This document shows, one piece after another, positions 21,823 through 33,462 of a stretch of 36,381 nt of DNA. A model generated the notes under the pieces. The model saw only the letters and a list, made by a program, of their open reading frames with translations, was not told the origin of the DNA and made no database searches. Each line of letters opens with the position of its first letter. Positions within the stretch are counted from its first letter, which is position 1. This DNA is from Nemertoderma westbladi (taxonomy: Eukaryota; Animalia; Xenacoelomorpha): positions 1 to 36,381 of the forward strand of contig JAUCBJ010007112.1 of assembly GCA_032718475.1 (NCBI GenBank). The letters run 5' to 3'. A program made the translations under genes and the position numbers.

Positions 21823-24800
21823 ATGCCTATGTCACCAAAATTTGTTGACTGTCTGCAATAAGAACATGCGTAGCGATCATCTCAACAAACATCTCGCAAC
21901 TCATTTTAAACAATATTCATGCGATTGTTGTGGCACCTGGTCCTCTGATAAGAAAAAGAAAACTATGGTTAGCCATCTAGCGCTATGTACGCAAGGTGGG
22001 ACTGGGTTCAGATTTATCAACGAAGAAAACACTTGCAAATGTGGCGAATCATTCACTTTATCAACCTTTAAAGAACACGATTGCTATACGCGGCTCTTCT
22101 CTCGGAAACGCAAACAATCTCAAGCGCTTTTGTCACCACCACCTCCACCAAACATTCAATCTCCAAGGGTTGGCCCTTCTACTTCAAGACAACAGACTGG
22201 AGGTTCGACCAACAACCCATTTTTACCATCCGTGAATAGCTCATCCCACAACCGCTTATTTACATATACAAACACCTTACTTACACCACAATTAGATGTA
22301 GAGTTAACACTTAGAGAAAATGAAAGTAATATTTGGGATAGAGTGAGTCAACATTTTAATAATGAATTTAATTTTATAAAAGTTTGGTTAACTATTTCTA
22401 TCTTAATGGAAAGGGAGATATTCTGAGGGTACACAATTAGAAACCTTTAGTTTCAAATCAAACGCTTCAAATAATCAAATAACTTCTAATTTAGATTTTG
22501 AAAACTGGTTTTCGCAAACTATTGAATGAATAGATGAATTAATAGCTGTCTTTGTTTGCATGGGCAGTGGTTGGAATATTGTTTCAATTAAAGAAATCAA
22601 TTTACAAATTTCTACCTTCAATCGCAACCCCTATTTCAAAGGACACGGTGGCGGTTATATTCCTAAAATTTTAGCAAAGAAGAAGTGCATTATTAACTTA
22701 GATTGTCCCATCGGGGAATGTTTTAAGTACGCAGTAGTCGCTGCTGCTTGTTATAAAAAAATTGAAAGAAAGAAACAAAACATTAGTCGATTGTCAACAT
22801 ATACTCCATACATGACCATGTTTGATTTCAGTACGATGAGTTTCCCAGTAGATAGAGTAGTAGGCATCCCACGTTTTTTAGAAACCAACCCTTTGTACTG
22901 CATTAATTTATTATTTTGGAGTACTGATAACATATTGAGCATTCTATCACAACCAGATTCAGAACATTGCTTCCAAAAAACTGTTTTACATTTAATGTTT
23001 ATAGAAGGTAATCAAAACAATCCAGGACATTACTGCGCAATTGTCAACTTAAATAGACTTATTAAAAAACAAGGACAAGGGACCAAATCCATTTGTGAGC
23101 GTTGTCTGAGAGCTTTTTATACTATTAACTCATTGCAAACTCATCGGGAACTATGTTACACGAGCAAACGACAATTGGAACAAATGCCTACACCAGATAA
23201 ATTAAAAATTAAATTCAATCGATTAGATAAGACTTTATCCCCTCCATTTGCATATATGCCGATATTGAAAGTGTTTTAGAACCTACATCAAACCCTAAAT
23301 TAGTTCAAAAGCACATTGCTAGCGCCGCCGCATTTTATACAGTACCCAATCGCGAGCTAATAAATCCCCCACAAACATCATTACAAATGTTTAGAGACAC
23401 TGGAACAAACCATGTTATAGACGATTTTCTCACTGCTCTCGAATCACACTGTAGGCAATTGTACGAGTGGACTATTTCTGGTACAAACACCAACGTTCCT
23501 AAACATTTGACTCGAGCACAGAAACAAAATTTTGATAATGCTACAAACTGTTACACTTGTAACTGTTCTCTAACCCCTGATTCACATCGACTGAATCTAG
23601 CAGAAAATCTCAATACTAAAGTTTGTGACCATAACCATCTAACGGGAGCCTATCGTGGAGCGGCATGTGTTAGTTGTAACCGCAAACTTTCTCTTAAACG
23701 CAATAAATTTTATGTAGTGCTACACAACCTGAGGCATTACGATTCCCATTTAATCTTAAAAGAAGATCTGAAAAACAGTTCTAGAACTCATTGGAAGATA
23801 AACGTAATTCCAAAGAACACTGAGACTTATATCAATATAGAAATATCATTTCCCATAGACAAAACCATGCAGACAGCAAATGCAAAAGAAAGTATTGTCA
23901 TCAATCTTCTAGACTCTCTACAGTTCATGACAGCTAGTCTAGATAAGCTCAGTAGTTATCTTACTGCAAACAATTCTGATCTAACAAAAGCTATCCCACA
24001 CACTTTGAAACAAATGAAAAATCTTTATCCCAATATTAGCAATTCCACTATTAAAAATAAAGGTATATTTCCTTATAGCTATATACAATCCATAACAAAC
24101 TTATACGAAACTCAATTACCACCAATCGAGAGTTTCTATAATGATTTACAGCTTGAAGACTGTAGCGAGCATAACTATCAGCGTGCCCAAACTAGTTGGG
24201 TTGAGCTTCAATGTCAAAACATATTTGATTATATGATGGGATACTTGGCTCTAGATGTCACACTTCTCGCGGATACTTTCCAACAGTTTAGGAAACTATG
24301 TTTCTCCAATTATGGGTTAGATCCTCTGCATTATTATACTTCACCGGGGTTAACGTACAATGCAGCATTGAAATTTACAAACAGTGAAATTGAACTACTA
24401 TCTGATGGAACTATTTACGCAGATTTTGAAAATAATATTCGCGGAGGGCTTGTATTTCTGAATACACACTTAGAGGAAGCTAATATACCTGGCAAACCAG
24501 AATACAACCCCTGTAAACCAGAAAAATACCTAATTCCTCTCGATGCAAATAACCTTTATGGTTCTGCTCTCTCTCAGAAGCTCCCCTGCAGCAATATGAA
24601 AATCGTCGATACACCAATAGATCTGGCTACAGTTGATGCCACTGGGTCAGTAGGATATTACTGCATCGTTGACCTCAAATACCCCCGAGAGATCCACGAC
24701 GAAACTGCTGACCTACCACTAGGAGCAGAAAAAATGTCCATTCCCAAGAGCTTCCTCAGTACATACATGCAAGACCTCTGGCAACATTATAATCTCAATG

Positions 24801-25875
24801 ATCAAGGGACCTATAAGCAATATAATGAGAAATATAGTAAACTGATTCTTCATCAATTCAAAAAAACTAATTATGGTATTCATATAAAATTACTCCAATT
24901 ATACTTAAAATTAGGACTTCAAATAACACAGGTGCATAAAGTATACTCATTCACTCAAAAATACATATTCAGAGACTATATCTCGTTTAATACATCCAAA
25001 CGACAATCTGCTAAAAATGCATTCGAAGTTTTATTTTATAAACTACTCAACAACTCACTCTATGGGAAAAGTCTTCAGAAGGTACGAGACCGGTTATCAT
25101 TCCGACTCTGCACATCCCCAGAACAGTGCGACCTGCTAATATCAAAACCAAATCATGAGCGCTTCATCTCATTCTCCCCCTATCTCAGTGGTCACACTTT
25201 TACTAAAGAAGTAGCAGTACTCAATCAAGCTGTATTTATTGGGGCAACCATCTTAGATCTTTCAAAGCTAGAGATGTATGATTACTATTACTGTAAACTG
25301 AAACCTCTCGAAGAAAAGCTGAGATGTGAAATTCGAGCCTTAGCCGGGGACACGGACAGTTTCTTTCTTTCGGTTACCGGTGTTGAGCACAAATTATTCC
25401 TAGAAGCCATGTTTAACTCCGGCTTTCTAGACACTTCAAATTACGATCCCTCACACCCCCTCTTTACAAATCAAAACAAGGCTTCCTTAGGTTTTTTGAA
25501 AGATGAAAGTAGAGGTCTATTATACAAATCATTTGTATTTTTGAAACCGAAAATGTATTTATTCGAGGCATACGACGCGCAACCAAAGCGGACTTGCAAA
25601 GGCATTTCAAAAAATATTGTAGCAAAGCAATTAACAAATAAACACTATTTAGACTGTTTTATCAACGAATCAACAGATTTCACAAACAATACAATATTTA
25701 CTTCTAGGGAACATCAAATGTTTACAGGGAGAATAAAAAAAAAACATTAAGTCTCTGGGATACAAAATCATTCTGGATGACGAAATATTACAGTAGACCA
25801 TATGGCCACTATATTACAGGATTAACTAAACCAACAAAAAAAACTGTAATACCACCTTATTTAGTTGCAGAATAA
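21823..25875 (+). pseudogene. pPolB-B: full-length protein-primed family B DNA polymerase with N-terminal Zn fingers and endoVII insertion, disrupted
   Basis: GSGW, YADIES (Exo I), DHNHLTGAYRGAACVSCN (endoVII), HNLRHYD (Exo II), YLALDV (Exo III), LDANNLYG, KLLNNSLYGKS, GDTDS, C-terminal LSLWDTK..PYGH. Frameshifts near 21845, 22415, 23250 and 25740; premature TGA near 22526. Confidence 0.95.
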
Positions 25876-25876
25876 A

Positions 25877-26058
25877 ATGCCATACAAAGCAAGCAGCGGA
25901 TCAACACCAATTCAAATAATCAATCGTCAATATACAGCTCAATCTGAATTTCCAATTGATATAATCAAAGTTTCTCAACAACTAAAAGGTCAGATGCGGC
26001 AAAAACCAAAAATGTTTGTGTATAAGACTGGATCTGCGACAATTATGCTATTCCCAAC
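25877..26058 (+). pseudogene. TBP-like protein, 5' part (first TBP repeat)
   Basis: MPYK..IQIINRQYTA..PIDIIKV..ATIMLFPT. ATG one base after the PolB stop; interrupted by BEL element 2. Confidence 0.72.
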
Positions 26059-26598
26059 TGTGACGGGATCTACGGATCCCGGTTTATCCGTTGGGTTTTC
26101 TATCCACGCGTCCCCGCCGTGTGTGAAAGGTAAAAGAGTTCTGATGTTGGGTAATATGTATAAAGGTATAATAGTCTGACAGTTGATATAGTATAGTATG
26201 ACACAACAGGTAATATATAATGGCGGTAGCGGACGGTGACAGAAGTCCCCGTTCCACCCTACTGATCTGACTGAGTAAACTGACTGAATAGGGGAGCACC
26301 AACAGGTAATATACTGCACGGTTGGCCTAATTGCTACCTAGTCGATGCTGTCCCCCCATTGGCTAATATCCCACTTCTCGCCCCTTCACCTTCCCTGGTG
26401 TGTTTCCCGTTCACCCCAGCTATTCTCTCTCTTGTCAGGGGAGTAACCCCTGACCCTTATTGTGTGTGTCTCCTTTGGGGCCTATTGTCCCCGTTTACTG
26501 GGCTGACACGAGGTTGATTGGTAATCAACCTCGTGCTCCCAATATTGCTTTATGGCTCACTCTATGGGTTTGTGTTAGCGGAATTGGATAAGCTAACA
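26059..26598 (-). repeat. 3' LTR of BEL element 2
   Basis: Direct repeat of 32918-33457, adjacent to the polypurine tract. Confidence 0.96.
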
Positions 26599-26959
26599 CT
26601 CCCCCCCATGCTATCTTCCCGGTGAGAAGATAGCATCCAACTCAAGTGCGCTACAATTCCGCTGGATCCCGATCTATTATCGGGTGTGGGGTGGGTCTAT
26701 TTTTTCGGAGTCGGCTTTCCAGGCCGCTCCCTATGGGTATGATGTCACTACCCTCTGGCGTCTCGTGTCGGGCCGATCGTGCGCTTCTCTCACGCAATTT
26801 TTGTTTCCCCAACACTCTCACCACTATACTCCAACTCTCGCATACCCCCGGACCTCCTCGTCCCACACTCTTCCTCTCACTTCTCCTCCCCCACACTTGA
26901 ATTGCGCCCACGCTCTCTTCGCACTCCGCACTATCACTCCATCACTCTCTCGTCACTCC

Positions 26960-28950
26960 CTAAGGCTTTCTACCTACTGCTTACTAACTCTAACTATCTA
27001 ACTAACTCTGCTAACTACTAACTCTTACTACTTCTAGCTCTAACTGAGAGCCTCTAACTTTCTACTGACTCTAACTCTCTACTAAGTCTAACTAACTCCT
27101 ACTAACTTTCTACTTCTACTAACTCTACTTGACTCCTCTGAGTCTACCAACTCTGCTAACTAGCTCTACTAACTCTACTCCACTAGCTCTGCTAACTCTA
27201 CTCCACTAGCTCTGCTAACTCTACTAACTAGCTCTATTAACTCTACTCCACTCTTCTAACTACGTGGCGCTTGCGGTGCCCACAACCACTCTACTATATG
27301 GCACCCTATGTGCCCTCTCTGCTCTACTCTACTACCTGGCACCCTATGTGCCCTCTCTACTACACTACTCTATCTCTAACTCTCTAACTCTACTACCTGG
27401 CACCCTACGTGCCCGTCTCTACTCTTCTACTCACTGGTACCCTATGTACCCTCTCTACTACCTCTAACACTCTACTCTACTACCTGGCACCCTATGTGCC
27501 CGTCTCTACTACTCTACTCTATCTCTAACTCTCTAACTCTACTACCTGGCACCCTATGTGCCCGTCTCTACTATTCTACTCTATCTCTAACTCTCTAACT
27601 CTACTACCTGGCACCCTACGTGCCCGTCTCTACTCTTCTACTCACTGGTACCCTATGTACCCTCTCTACTACCTCTAACACTCTAACTCTACTACCTGGC
27701 ACCCTATGTGCCCTCTCTACTCTTCTACTACCTGGCACCCAATGTGCCCGTCTCTACTCCTCTACTCCCCCTTTACGTCTCATCGCCTACACGTGACGCT
27801 CTGAGTGCCGGCAGAGTGGGTACGTTAATTATGTGAACTACTACTGACTCTACTAACTCTCTTCTAACTCTACTAACTCTTTTTGTGCCCGGCACCTCTT
27901 GTGCCCGGCACCTTCTAACTCAACTAACTCTACTAACTCTCTACTAACTCAACTAACTCTACTACTAACTCAACTAACTCTACTACTAACTCAACTAACT
28001 CTACTACTAACTCTTTTTGTGCCCGGCACCTCTTGTGCCCGGCACCCACCCTAATTAACATACCCTGCTCTTACATCAAACACGTCATCACGCCCGTGCC
28101 CCACTAAGTTCAGCGCATTCCCTACTAACTCTAACTGCGTGGCGCTTCCGGTGCCCACAACCCTTCTACTGCTACTACTAACACTCCTATCTAGCGGTAC
28201 TACGTACCCTCTTACTACTCTAGCTCTCTCTACTAGCTAGCAGTACTACTACCCTCTTCTAACTCTTACTCCTTAACGGTACTACGTACCCTCTAACTCT
28301 TACTCTCTAACGGTACTTACGTACCCTCTAACTCTAACTAACTAGCGGTACTTACGTACCCTCTAACTCTAACTCTAACTAGGTACTACGTACCTACTGA
28401 CTCTCTAACTAGGTACTACGTACCCTCTAACTCTAACTAACTAGCAGTACTTACGTACCCTCTAACTCTAACTCTAACTAGGTACTACGTACCTACTGAC
28501 TCTCTAACTAGGTACTACGTACCTACTAACTCTAACTCTAACTAGGTACTACGTACCTACTAACTCTAACTCTAACTAGGTACTACGTACCTACTAACTC
28601 TTCTAACTCTCTAACGGTACTACGTACCTACTAACTCTAACTCTAACTAGGTACTACGTACCTACTAACTCTTACTAACTCTCTAACGGTACTACGTACC
28701 TACTAACTCTAACTCTAACTAGGTACTACGTACCTACTGACTCTCTAACTAGGTACTACGTACCTACTAACTCTTACTAACTCTCTAACGGTACTACGTA
28801 CCCCTTAACTCCTACTCTCTAACGGTAGAGAGACTCTCTAACTCTACTCTAACACTAACTATCAGTGCTAACTGACTAACTAACTAACTCTGACTCTAGG
28901 TACTACGTACCTCCTAAATAACTCCTAACTACCTAACTTCTACCTACTTT
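26960..28950 (-). repeat. Low-complexity CTAACT/CTACT array studded with short hairpins
   Basis: Plus strand almost G-free except in GGCAC-N5-GTGCC and GGTAC-N3-5-GTACC units. Confidence 0.92.
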
Positions 28951-28972
28951 ATTATTTAATTATTTTATTTAA

Positions 28973-31900
28973 TTAAATAATTATTTTATATTTTGTGCGT
29001 GGGAAGGGCGTCTCGCCCTCATTCCCACCCCCCTCAGTCCAAAACTTTGGACGACTAAAAACTCTCACGTGCCCCTTCTTCCGGTAGGCACTCTCCCGCT
29101 GCCCTCCTATACGTCCTCTAACTCTTCGCCACACTCTCTTCGGTGCCACCTTTGCTGGCCTCCCCCTTCGTATGTGCGCTGGCATTAGAGCCCTCGACGA
29201 CCCCCGCTCGTCCCTCGGTATACGCGGTGTCTGCCCGTGTAATGCCCCCTCGCACTGTGTCCGTCCTGCGTGTGTATGCAACACGCCTCCTCCTACTTTC
29301 CCGACTCCCTTATGTTTGCTAATGGGCTTCTCTGCCCCTGGTTTAGTCCTTTCATATCCTCTCCCTTTCCAACACTCTCCGGATCTGTGTCCTTTTACCA
29401 CACATCGATGACATAGTCCGTTTGCGTCTGTGTAGGCTACACGATCTCGTTTGGGCAACGCTTGCCAGTACTTGCAACTCCTGGTCTTATGGGTTCCGTC
29501 CCGATGTAATTGACATTGGAATCCTGGATTATAGCGTTTCCTGTATAGTCCTTCACGTATCGCGCTTAGGTTTATATGTACCGATTTAATGTTTTGGTTG
29601 TCTAGACTCGGCCTACTGGGTATATTGGGATTGTGTTTATTTTTGGTGTTATTTTCTTTCTGTCCCTGCCACGGTGTGGCCCTGCTACCACCTAACTGTG
29701 GACTAGCAGTCCCCTGTACGGCCGCGTGTGGTATTGACTGTCCGCACGACCTGTTCTCGTCCAAGGGGTTCGATGTTCTCGCTCCTATTGGGGTATATTG
29801 TCGATATTGTGATGGGGGAATGTCACCCTGTCCCCCCCCAGCCGGTATGTTTGGTACTGGGGTTGATGTTAATACATTGGGGCCCATACGTCTATCTCCA
29901 ATAACTCCCCCCTCCCCTGGATATATGTTATGTCCCTGTGTATTATAGTCATGCTGCTGTACCGATATAGGCCTACCTACCTCTCGCCTACCTACCGGTA
30001 TGTACTCCGCGACTTCCGGGTTTAATCCCGTCGTTCGCGCTACCCCATCGCCTACTCTATCTCTCCCAGCATGGCCTATAATAGTATGTGCAGTAAGGCC
30101 TACAGTATGTCCTGCAGTCTGCATGTGCCCTTCCGAACCGAAGTTTATTCTTCGCGAATCTCGAATCTCCCCGCGACTACTGCACTCTCGATCGGCAGCT
30201 ATATCCCGTCGGGAAGTTTCCCTTCGATCCCCTCTCCTGCTCTCGTCTTCGTATTGGTACGTCTTGTACCCCTCTCTTGGCGTGCGGTGCGTTTCTCCGG
30301 GGCGACGGCAATCTCCCGAAGTTCGACCCCACTGGCTCCCTGACTCCATCTCTACTATCGACGGTCCGTTATCCGTCCTCGCACTCCTATCGTTCGTGGC
30401 GACACCTTTTCTACTATCTTCTCTTCTTCTCTTTTCTGTGTAGTATTCCGGCTCGTGAGGTCTCTCGTCGACCTCCCGGTTAAACTCCACTGTTCTTCTT
30501 CCCTCTTCTGGTCGGGCTCGACGCTTCGTCTGCCCTCTCGCGACGTCAACCTGCTTCTCTCTGCTCGATCGCACGCCGCTGGGGATACTCGCAATCCCCC
30601 TATTACTCTCCGTCGCCGGGTGTTGCGGTTTACCTGATTCGGCCCGCGCATTATCCGCTGACGGCTGTGGGACACTCTCTGCCCCCCCTCTCTCTCTACT
30701 AATCTCTCGCGGTGGGGTGCCCGCAGCCCCCCCCCCACCCGCCACTTCTAACTTCACTATCTCTTACTACACTTCTGCGTCCCTCTTGTCGGACATTCTC
30801 TACCCCCCTTCTCTCGCCACTAATCTTATGTGGTGGGGCGCCCTGTAGCCCCCCCCCCCCACCCGCTACTTCTAACTTCACTACTTCTTACTACACTTCT
30901 ACACCCCTCTTGTGGGGCATTCTCTGCCCCCCCTCTCTCGCCACTAATCTTATGTGGTGGGGCGCCCGTAGCCCCCCCCCCCACTCGCCACATCTAACTT
31001 CACTATCTCTTACTTCGTCTCTACACCCCTCTCTAGTCGACGCACTGTCTCTACTACGGCTGGGTCTATTCACCCCCGCCTCTCTCTCTACTACTGCGTG
31101 GCCCATCAGGCCCACCTTCGGGTTGGCTCAACCCCGCTACCTCCTGCCTACCAACTACGTGGCCTACCAGGCCGCCGTCGGGTTGGCTCAACCCTGCCAC
31201 TTCCTGCCTACTAACTACGTGGCCTACCAGGCCACCGTCTGCCGGGTTATGTACGTCCGACACGCTCATATTAATAGCACCATTCCCAATATTATTTGTT
31301 AAATCAATTAAATTATTAGAATTTGAAACGAGATTTAAATTATTTAAATTAGAATTATTATATATTTTCAAAATTTAAATTATTATTCGTATTATTTGAT
31401 TATTCTGATATTTGAATTAATGTTATTATTTGAATTTAAATTTAAATTACTACTACCCGGTAAAATATTATTTCCTGTAATAAAGGGATTAGGGTTATCT
31501 ACTACGGTACTATTAATATTAACTACTTCTAACGTACTACTACTACCCCCCTCGCCCGTACGGCTACACCAGTTCTGGTTCTCTCGCCCGGTGCCTGTAA
31601 GTGGGGTCTCACTCTCTGACATTTCCAACCGCGCCGGTTCTAGTCGGCGCCGCTCCAGTTTGGCTTGATATTGCGCAAGCCTGCCTAGCCGGGCACGCAA
31701 ATCATCCCGCACACGCTCTGCCTCTATCTCTCTCTCTATGCACTCTCGTAAACTTTGCTCGGCCAACTCGGTATCTCTCGCAACCATCTCAAACCGCCTC
31801 GCCGGCTCGCTCTCTACTCTCATCTCCCGCTCTCTACACTCCTTGACTCTCTCTCTACACACCTCGACTCTCTCTCTATCCTCCCTTGCCCACTCTCTTT

Positions 31901-32667
31901 CTCTCTCTATAACGGCGGCATTATCCCTCAGTTGCCGCTCTGTGCTATTCAGCTTTGCCGCTACCATTTCTAATTCATACGTCAGATTTATTTTCAGCAC
32001 CCTTCTTTCTTTCGCGGAGGATGTAGCAGACTTATCGGTTGCGACGGACTCCCGTCGCCCCTCCGTCCTACCAACTTTCCCCCGCCTCCCGGAACTCCCT
32101 GCCTCCGACCGACGAGACCGAATCCTCGGAGTTAACCTCGGATTCGCCCTCCCCAGGTCTCTTCCAACCCACTAATTTTATATCCTGGGCATCGACTAAG
32201 TATGGCCCTATGTACACTACACTAGGTCCCATACCCCCACATTCCCATAGTTCAAACAGTTCGAAGGCAACTCCCCACGCCCTCAACTCTGCTAGTTCTC
32301 TCTGCCCAGAACGCACTAGGTGATCAAAGTATCTGTTCGACTCACCTAGTCCCTTTGTCATCCTGACCTCGTCTATCCTCGCCCCCTCCTTGGCCTCCTT
32401 TAGTAGTTCCCGGGTCGCGTTGTAGGCCCGTCGAAGTCGATCAGAAACCCCGACGTCCTCGTCGCCGACCTCTCCTCCGTCTCTCCGGGTCCGACGTCGT
32501 ACCGACGGCCCCACCGTCGCCGTTCCGGTGGACCGTTCGTCGTCCTCGGCCTGTGGCTGACCGGTGACATCGGTACGTCGACCCTCGCTCCGCGTCGACT
32601 CGTCTTTCTCTTCTCTCCCTCTCGTCTCCTCGACTCGACTCCTCTCTTTGTAGACGACCCCCCACAT
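28973..32667 (-). pseudogene. BEL/Pao Gag-like polyprotein broken into several frames
   Basis: Consecutive ORFs 32667-32068, 32000-31392 (coiled-coil-like), 31371-31066, 31115-30891 and 30757-28973. Last ORF has CQLH..H....C..W..L....R.......LCHRC..KGH....C knuckles. Internal 60-bp and about 120-bp coding repeats. Confidence 0.8.
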
Positions 32668-32917
32668 CTTGGTTCGCCGGGTCGCTCGTTATCGACGTGG
32701 CGTCAACGCACGTCGACGTGCGTAGCATCGACCGGCGTCGTGGGTTCGTATCGTCTCGCCGTGGCCTCGCGGATCGTTAGATCGTCGTCCGGGGTCCGCG
32801 GCGGTGTCGTTCCTTTCTCTCGACTCATCTTCGTCTTTAGTAGCTGGTCGTCACTAGCTAGGACGGTAGCTCTATTCTATCTCTGTCAGGGCAGCTGGGC
32901 GGATCTAGTTCTGTCAC

Positions 32918-33457
32918 TGTGACGGGATCTACGGATCCCGGTTTATCCGTTGGGTTTTCTATCCACGCGTCCCCGCCGTGTGTGAAAGGTAAAAGAGTTC
33001 TGATGTTGGGTAATATGTATAAAGGTATAATAGTCTGACAGTTGATATAGTATAGTATGACACAACAGGTAATATATAATGGCGGTAGCGGACGGTGACA
33101 GAAGTCCCCGTTCCACCCTACTGATCTGACTGAGTAAAGTGACTGAATAGGGGAGCACCAACAGGTAATATACTGCACGGTTGGCCTAATTGCTACCTAG
33201 TCGATGCTGTCCCCCCATTGGCTAATATCCCACTTCTCGCCCCTTCACCTTCCCTGGTGTGTTTCCCGTTCACCCCAGCTATTCTCTCTCTTGTCAGGGG
33301 AGTAACCCCTGACCCTTATTGTGTGTGTCTCCTTTGGGGCCTATTGTCCCCGTTTACTGGGCTGACACGAGGTTGATTGGTAATCAACCTCGTGCTCCCA
33401 ATATTGCTTTATGGCTCACTCTATGGGTTTGTGTTAGCGGAATTGGATAAGCTAACA
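32918..33457 (-). repeat. 5' LTR of BEL element 2
   Basis: Direct repeat of 26059-26598. Minus-strand TATA-like GTATATTA near 33170 followed by TCAGT near 33145. Confidence 0.96.
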
Positions 33458-33462
33458 CCAAC

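Larger units (their letters stand above)
26059..33457 (-). mobile_element. Gag-only non-autonomous BEL/Pao LTR retrotransposon 2 (7.4 kb)
   Basis: 540-bp TG...CA LTRs with one difference seen (26280 C versus 33139 G). TSD CCAAC (26054-26058, 33458-33462). Polypurine tract GGGGGGGAG on the minus strand next to 26598. BEL-type Gag Zn knuckles; no pol. Confidence 0.93.

Noticed and set aside
27300-28912. CRISPR-like repeat-spacer appearance
   Set aside because: Spacers are low-complexity and mutually repetitive, there are no cas genes, and the context is a eukaryotic retroelement.
32072-32086. GGGAAAG as a programmed -1 frameshift site in gag
   Set aside because: The heptamer is in the wrong codon phase and the shift needed is +1; a homopolymer indel is more likely.
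29172-32323. Multiple + strand ORFs over the gag region, and similar ones over the LINEs and integrase
   Set aside because: Antisense shadows of the real minus-strand coding sequence.
33377-33462. Hydrophobic signal-peptide-like N-terminus of ORF 33377-33805
   Set aside because: It is read-through from LTR sequence; the true N-terminus is at 25877-26058.
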